DNA from: an uncultured Candidatus Saccharibacteria bacterium
GTDB lineage: Bacteria; Patescibacteriota; Minisyncoccia; Phycocordibacterales; UBA2100
Reading direction: 5' to 3'
NCBI GenBank assembly: GCA_964623775.1
Contig: CAZUVH010000001.1
Location: 284,784 to 348,783, forward strand
Length of the DNA stretch: 64,000 nt
Shown piece after piece: positions 58,713 to 64,000 of this stretch (its first letter is position 1; the number at the start of each line of letters is the position of its first letter). A model generated the notes under the pieces. The model had not been told where the DNA came from. It was given only the letters and a program-made list of their open reading frames with translations, and did no database searches. Made by a program: the position numbers and the translations under genes.

Positions 58713-61292
58713 ATGGCATTTTGGAGGCGTTTTATAGGTGATGAAAATACGGCCGCGCTTAAGCGTGCTGAGCCGATTGTGGCAAAGGTTAACGCCCTTG
58801 AGGACTCCATAAAGGCACTTTCCGACCTGGAGCTCAGGGATAAAACGACCGAGTTTAAGAACCGTTTTGCGGCTGGCGAGTCGCTTGATGATATGGCACC
58901 CGAAGCCTTTGCGGTTGTCCGAGAAGCCTCGCGGCGCACGCTCGGCCAGCGGCACTTCGATGTGCAGCTCATCGGAGGCATGATCCTGCACAATGGCGAT
59001 ATCGCCGAGATGCGCACCGGAGAAGGCAAGACGCTCGTCGCGACACTCCCTGCATATTTGAATGCACTGACCGGTAAGGGCGTCCACATTGTCACCGTCA
59101 ACGACTACCTGTCGAGGCGCGATGGGGTTTGGATGGGGCAGATATATGATGCGCTCGGCCTTTCTGTTGGCATCATCAACCACGAAGCGTCGTTCCTCTA
59201 CGATCCCTCATTACGCAAGAATCCGGACGACACAGTGGCTGACGACGCCATACGCGATGAGACAGGAAGCTTCAAAGTCGTGCACGAATTCATGCGCCCC
59301 TGCACGAGGCATGAAGCGTATGCCGCCGATATTACATACGGGACCAACAACGAATTCGGCTTTGATTACTTGCGCGACAATTTGGAATACGAGCCCGAGC
59401 GCCTGAGGCAGCGTGTGCCTGATAAGGGAGGCTATCATTTTGCGATCGTAGACGAGATCGACTCCATATTGATCGACGAGGCGCGCACGCCGCTCATTAT
59501 CTCGGCTCCGATCTCTGATGCCGAGTCGCTCTACGGGCGTTTTGCCGAGATCGCGGCAAGCCTATCTCGGGACGAGGATTACGTGGTCGACGAGAAACAT
59601 CGCTCAATCGCACTCACTGATAGCGGTATCGAGAAGGCGCAGGCCAAACTCGGCATCGACAATATATATACGGATGCAGGCATCAAGTACGTGCATCATC
59701 TCGAGACCGCTGTCCGCGCCAAGGCGCTCTACCATCGCGACAAAGACTACGTGATCAATGGCGGGGAAGTCGTTATTGTCGACGAGCTCACCGGCAGAAT
59801 GCAGCCGGGCAGACGTTGGGCCGAGGGTTTGCACCAAGCGATAGAGGCGAAAGAGGGTGTCTCGGTTCAGCAAGAATCGCGTACATTTGCCTCAATTACG
59901 TTCCAAAATTACTTCCGTCTCTACGATAAATTGGCCGGCATGACGGGCACCGCCATCACCTCGTCGGAGGAGTTCTACAAGGTATACGGGCTGAATACTG
60001 TCGTTGTACCGACCAATAAAAAGACTGAGCGAAAGGATTCTGAAGACCTCATCTTTCAGACAGAGTCAGGCAAGATGAAGGCAATCGCAAAGCGCGTGAA
60101 AGAGCTGCACGACAGAGGGCAGCCGGTGCTCATCGGCACCGCATCAGTCGAAAAGAACGAGCTCCTCTCGGTCTACTTCAAGCAGGAGGGGATACCGCAC
60201 GAGATTTTGAATGCAAAGAACCACGAGCGCGAGGGCGAGATCATTGCGCAGGCAGGAAGAAAGGGTGGCGTGACAGTCGCCACCAACATGGCTGGTCGCG
60301 GCGTCGACATCAAGCTTGGCGGGAATCCGGCGACTCCTGAAGAGTACGAGGAGGTCAAGACACGCGGCGGTCTTTTCGTACTCGGTACCGAAAGACATGA
60401 GGCGCGCCGTATCGACAACCAGTTGCGCGGTCGCGCTGGTCGTCAGGGCGATCCTGGCGAGACTCAATTTTACGTGTCACTCGAGGACTCGCTCATGCGT
60501 GTATTTGCGTCCGATGTAATCAAGCGTGTGATGGGCACTTTCAAGATCCCAGAAGATGAGCCGATCTACAATTCCATGATCACGCGTGCACTTGAAAAGG
60601 CGCAGACGCGCATCGAGGAGATCAATTTCGACTCGCGAAAACACGTACTTTCGTACGATGACGTTTTGAATATTCAAAGGCAGAGCATTTATGCCCGTCG
60701 CCGCACTCTTTTGATCGGAGGCGCTGCTGCAGTCGACGAGGAGCTCGCGCGTATTGCCGAAGCGGAGACCGTCCAGTTTGAAGTGAACGCTGAGGGCGAG
60801 CAGGTTGAGGTAAAGACAGAAGCATTCTCTACGGTTATCGAAAGAAAGAAAGGAGAGTTTGGCGAATCATTCCACATGGCAGTACGCCGGTTCCTTCTCC
60901 AGACCATCGATTATCTCTGGGTGGAAAATCTCGAAGCAATGGAATACTTACGCTCGAGCGTAAATCTGCGGGCATACGGACAGCGTGATCCACTTGTCGA
61001 ATACAAGAAAGAGGGCCTGAGACTCTTCCGGGGCATGGAGGATACGTACACGGCTCATGTCAAAAACATACTGCCCAATATCACGCCGCAGGGGGCACCG
61101 GTCGCCCGCGAGAGCCAAGTTATCCACAAAGCGGCAGCGGCTATTACATCGAATTCTGGCAACGCACCGAAGACCGAGTATGGTAGAAACGATCACGTTG
61201 TCATCACGAATGGAGTCGAGCGGAAGGAAATGAAATACAAAAAAGCGGAGCCCCTCTTGGCGAGCGGAGAGTGGAAGATAGTCCGAGAATAA
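58713..61292 (+). CDS. secA: preprotein translocase ATPase SecA
   Basis: The sequence is …MRTGEGKTLVATLPAYLNALTGKGVHIVTVNDYL…MTGTA…NMAGRGVDIKLGG. The 859-aa protein has no C-terminal CxxC zinc finger. Confidence 0.95.
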   Translation: MAFWRRFIGDENTAALKRAEPIVAKVNALEDSIKALSDLELRDKTTEFKNRFAAGESLDDMAPEAFAVVREASRRTLGQRHFDVQLIGGMILHNGDIAEMRTGEGKTLVATLPAYLNALTGKGVHIVTVNDYLSRRDGVWMGQIYDALGLSVGIINHEASFLYDPSLRKNPDDTVADDAIRDETGSFKVVHEFMRPCTRHEAYAADITYGTNNEFGFDYLRDNLEYEPERLRQRVPDKGGYHFAIVDEIDSILIDEARTPLIISAPISDAESLYGRFAEIAASLSRDEDYVVDEKHRSIALTDSGIEKAQAKLGIDNIYTDAGIKYVHHLETAVRAKALYHRDKDYVINGGEVVIVDELTGRMQPGRRWAEGLHQAIEAKEGVSVQQESRTFASITFQNYFRLYDKLAGMTGTAITSSEEFYKVYGLNTVVVPTNKKTERKDSEDLIFQTESGKMKAIAKRVKELHDRGQPVLIGTASVEKNELLSVYFKQEGIPHEILNAKNHEREGEIIAQAGRKGGVTVATNMAGRGVDIKLGGNPATPEEYEEVKTRGGLFVLGTERHEARRIDNQLRGRAGRQGDPGETQFYVSLEDSLMRVFASDVIKRVMGTFKIPEDEPIYNSMITRALEKAQTRIEEINFDSRKHVLSYDDVLNIQRQSIYARRRTLLIGGAAAVDEELARIAEAETVQFEVNAEGEQVEVKTEAFSTVIERKKGEFGESFHMAVRRFLLQTIDYLWVENLEAMEYLRSSVNLRAYGQRDPLVEYKKEGLRLFRGMEDTYTAHVKNILPNITPQGAPVARESQVIHKAAAAITSNSGNAPKTEYGRNDHVVITNGVERKEMKYKKAEPLLASGEWKIVRE

Positions 61293-61400
61293 TTGATCTC
61301 GGCATCCGATATCGTCTTGATCTAGGCGACATCTCGGGGGCTCTCGGTCGCCCCCTATCCACCGCACCGAACACTACGTCAGGGGTAGTCGGTCGATCCC

Positions 61401-61437
61401 CACCACTGCTATTGGCAGTGGTGATTTGTATATTTTT
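61401..61437 (+). terminator. Rho-independent terminator downstream of secA
   Basis: The sequence is caccactgc-tatt-g-gcagtggtg followed by atttgtatattttt. Confidence 0.6.
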
Positions 61438-61553
61438 GCGCGCGATGTTCTCTCGATGGAAAGGGGCGCGACCTCGTTTTATACGTTAGAAACTTGCATG
61501 ACACGGTTTACGAAAATTGGCTTGCAGGGGGAGCGGGTGGTACAGTGTCCGAC

Positions 61554-63008
61554 ATGAGCGAATACGTCCCGACCATAGGTCTTGAGATACACGCCGAGCT
61601 TCGCACCAAGACGAAGATGTTCTGTAATTCAAAGAACGATCCGGACGAGACGCGCCCCAATGTAAACGTGTGCCCCGTGTGCCTAGCGCATCCGGGGACT
61701 CTTCCTGTGGTCAATAAAGAGGCTGTGCGACACGTCCTCAAGGTCGGGCTCGCAATTGGTGCGAAGTTGGCCGACTACACCGAGTTTGATCGCAAGAACT
61801 ATTTCTATCCGGATCTCCCAAAAGGGTATCAGATCAGTCAGTATGAGTACCCGCTCGTTTCAAAAGGGGTACTGAACGGAGTCGAAATTACGCGCATTCA
61901 CCTTGAAGAAGACACGGCGAGTTCGGTGCACGACGAGGCACGCGGGATGACCATGATCGATTACAATCGCGCAGGCGTCCCTTTGATGGAGCTTGTCACC
62001 GAACCAGTCATTCATAGTGCCGAGGAAGCCGGCGCGTTTGCCCGAGAACTCCAGATTCTCCTACGGTATCTCGGCGCAAGCGAAGCGAATATGGAGAAAG
62101 GGGAAATGCGCGTCGAGGCCAATGTATCGGTCAGCAAAACAGGCGAGCTCGGCACGAAGACAGAGATAAAAAATTTAAATTCATTTCGCGCGATGGAGCG
62201 AGCAGTAGCATACGAGATCAAGCGCCAGACCGAGATTTTGGAGCGGGGCGAGAAGGTGGTGCAGCAGACGCTGGGCTGGGACGAGACCAAGCAGCAGACC
62301 TTCCCCCAGCGAATCAAGGAAGGCAGCGCCGACTATCGATATTTCCCTGATCCCGATATACCGTCTTTCAGGCTCAGCGAGGTCGCAGAACTCGCCACGG
62401 AGACACTCCAGTCACGCATGCCCGAGCTACCGTCTCAGCGACGGGAGAGGTATCTCAGTCAGGGCATCAAACCGGGTGATACAGAGCTCTTTGTCAGGGA
62501 GCCATCGCTCGGAGTCTTTTTTGACACCGTTACAAGCGAGATCAGTGACAAAGCACGCATCACACTCGCTGCAAATTACATAGCCAACGACCTCGTAAAC
62601 ATCATACGTACGGATGCAATGACCGGTGCACGAGAAGTCGAAAAACGAGAAACAGACTTACATGCCGAGATCCCCATATCGGCACAGAATTTCAAGAAAA
62701 TTATCGAACTTATAGCGGATGGCAAAATATCATCCCGATCGGCAAAGGATCTTCTAGCGGCGGCAATTTCTGAAAAAAAGGATCCTGAAGTCATAGCGAA
62801 AGAGAGGGATTTATTCCAGAAGAATGACGCAGGTCAGATTGAGATTGTGGTGGACGAAATTTTGGCGAAAAACGGTCCCGTCGTGGCAGACTATAAGGCT
62901 GGTAAGCTGGCAGCGCTCGAATTTCTGGTCGGTCAGGGCATGAAGGCGCTTCGCGGCGCTACAAATCCTCAGGCATTGAGAGAAATGATCCAAAAAAAGC
63001 TCGCGTAA
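61554..63008 (+). CDS. gatB: aspartyl/glutamyl-tRNA(Asn/Gln) amidotransferase subunit B
   Basis: The sequence is MSEYVPTIGLEIHAEL…NVCPVCLAHPGTLPV…NYFYPDLPKGYQISQYEYPL. The C-terminal GatB/YqeY domain is present. The start is at 61554, not 61494. Confidence 0.9.
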   Translation: MSEYVPTIGLEIHAELRTKTKMFCNSKNDPDETRPNVNVCPVCLAHPGTLPVVNKEAVRHVLKVGLAIGAKLADYTEFDRKNYFYPDLPKGYQISQYEYPLVSKGVLNGVEITRIHLEEDTASSVHDEARGMTMIDYNRAGVPLMELVTEPVIHSAEEAGAFARELQILLRYLGASEANMEKGEMRVEANVSVSKTGELGTKTEIKNLNSFRAMERAVAYEIKRQTEILERGEKVVQQTLGWDETKQQTFPQRIKEGSADYRYFPDPDIPSFRLSEVAELATETLQSRMPELPSQRRERYLSQGIKPGDTELFVREPSLGVFFDTVTSEISDKARITLAANYIANDLVNIIRTDAMTGAREVEKRETDLHAEIPISAQNFKKIIELIADGKISSRSAKDLLAAAISEKKDPEVIAKERDLFQKNDAGQIEIVVDEILAKNGPVVADYKAGKLAALEFLVGQGMKALRGATNPQALREMIQKKLA

Positions 63009-63101
63009 ATAGCGGTGAGCAATATCTATCCATAGATAGCGAACGAATACTTCGGCTCGCCGGTCATTGTTAGAGAAAATATCTCGCGGTATACTTCTGG
63101 C

Positions 63102-63980
63102 ATGACAGACGAGCTAACTATTGAAGGAAAGCAGTATATCTCGTCCAAGCGAGCAGCGGATTTAAGCGGTTATGCGCAGGATTATGTCGGCCAACTCGCT
63201 AGAAAGGGGCTTATAGATGCGCAGAGAATCGGTGGACTCTGGTATGTGTTCATGGAATCCCTCGCAAAGTATAAAGAGAAGGCAGATGCGTACGTGCCCA
63301 TACCCCCGCAGGCCATTCATAAGAACGAAAATCCCGACACACTGATCTCATTTGATGGTAAAGACTATGTCTCGGCTGCGAGAGCTGCCGAGATTACCGG
63401 GTATCACCAGGATTATGTGGGGCAACTCGCGCGATCAGGCAAGATCCTATCTCGGCAGGTAGGCAATCGGTGGTATGTGGACCGGGATGGGATATTGGCA
63501 CACAAGGAGGAAAAAGACAGTCTCCTCGGCGCCGTACAATCACAGGCTGTCGGTATAAAGCCCGTCATGCCGAAAACAGAGCCATACATCGATAAAATTC
63601 AGTCTTGGGAGCCTCTCAACTATCAAAATGATTCAGGCGCACTCATCCCTGAGCTCCCCGCAAGAGCAGAGCCAGTAGAAGAGAAAGAGCCAGAAGAAAG
63701 TTCTCAAGAAGACACAGTGGCGCGTGTACCGATTCGGATAGTCGAGAATACAAGGAGACAGGCCGCGCCCATCAAAAACGACCTAAAGAAAATAGCCACA
63801 AAAAGAGCGGGTATACCCAGAAAGACTATATTTTACAGCGTATTTTTAATTACAGTATTTATCGCTCTGGCAGCATTTCTGGTCAGCAGACCATCAAGCG
63901 TCATCATAAGGTACGCGATCTCAGTGGGTGACGTTCTTGAGCCGGTAGTGACCAAAGAGCTCATATACACCCAAAACTAG
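63102..63980 (+). CDS. membrane-anchored protein with two tandem excisionase-type helix-turn-helix (HTH_17-like) repeats
   Basis: Repeat 1 is KQYISSKRAADLSGYAQDYVGQLARKGLIDAQRIGGLWYV. Repeat 2 is KDYVSAARAAEITGYHQDYVGQLARSGKILSRQVGNRWYV. An acidic linker follows. The C-terminal TM segment is IFYSVFLITVFIALAAFLV. Confidence 0.5.
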   Translation: MTDELTIEGKQYISSKRAADLSGYAQDYVGQLARKGLIDAQRIGGLWYVFMESLAKYKEKADAYVPIPPQAIHKNENPDTLISFDGKDYVSAARAAEITGYHQDYVGQLARSGKILSRQVGNRWYVDRDGILAHKEEKDSLLGAVQSQAVGIKPVMPKTEPYIDKIQSWEPLNYQNDSGALIPELPARAEPVEEKEPEESSQEDTVARVPIRIVENTRRQAAPIKNDLKKIATKRAGIPRKTIFYSVFLITVFIALAAFLVSRPSSVIIRYAISVGDVLEPVVTKELIYTQN

Positions 63981-64000
63981 TCCAGCTTGGCACTAGACTC

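Noticed and set aside
61370-61400. tRNA-like T-arm resemblance (ggggtagtcggtcgatcccc) in the secA–gatB spacer
   Set aside because: No acceptor stem, D-arm or anticodon arm can be built around it. It is more likely part of the secA 3'-UTR/terminator region.

Overview
This 64 kb window is compact, gene-dense bacterial chromosome, roughly 50% GC, with many overlapping start/stop codons. Almost all of it (positions 1 to about 57.5 kb, roughly 50 genes) is one large glycan biosynthesis and assembly island. A housekeeping block (secA, gatB) follows it.

The island encodes several sugar-nucleotide routes:
- A complete ADP-L-glycero-D-manno-heptose pathway (gmhA; heptose kinase hldA and adenylyltransferase hldC encoded as separate genes rather than a fused hldE; epimerase hldD) plus a GT9 heptosyltransferase.
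- A CDP-6-deoxyhexose route (rfbF, rfbG) followed by a TylCIII-like C-methyltransferase and a Gfo/Idh/MocA oxidoreductase.
- GDP-mannose 4,6-dehydratase (gmd).
- A pseudaminic-acid-type nonulosonic acid pathway: pseB, pseC, a PseH-like GNAT, a NeuB-family synthase, and two divergently transcribed PseF-like cytidylyltransferases. It carries two separate HisH-like / HisF-like / WbuX(PseA)-like amidotransferase trios for acetamidino formation, and two KpsS/KpsC-like (GT107-type) putative CMP-nonulosonate transferases.

The island also has at least 9 SAM methyltransferases, three of them TylCIII-type C-methyltransferases and several with zinc ribbons or membrane anchors. Two unexpected metabolic modules sit inside it: a SucC-like / SucD-like / citrate-synthase-like trio with ATP-citrate-lyase (citryl-CoA synthetase plus lyase) architecture, and a DmpG-like aldolase with a class-I aminotransferase and an ATP-grasp ligase.

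Assembly and export genes include two GT4s, a GT2 polyprenol-phosphate glycosyltransferase, an MsbA/PglK-like ABC exporter, two tandem paralogous polytopic membrane proteins (candidate GT-C enzymes), a Wzy_C-plus-TPR O-antigen-ligase-family protein and a large secreted alpha/beta-hydrolase (lipase-like).

Mobile and selfish features include a 'four-helix-bundle' (23S-IVS-type) gene flanked by AT-rich termini, a decayed second copy of those termini 2 kb away, and a small GIY-YIG gene inserted inside an amidotransferase operon. The island ends in an ~850 bp structured non-coding region containing terminators, a repeated 20-mer, an AT-rich stretch with a perfect DnaA-box nonamer and a 15-codon poly-lysine ORF, immediately upstream of secA.

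The gene content (four-helix-bundle and GIY-YIG mini-genes, tight operons, no outer-membrane genes) is consistent with, but does not prove, a Patescibacteria/CPR-like or Gram-positive-type organism. No rRNA, tRNA or CRISPR array was found.
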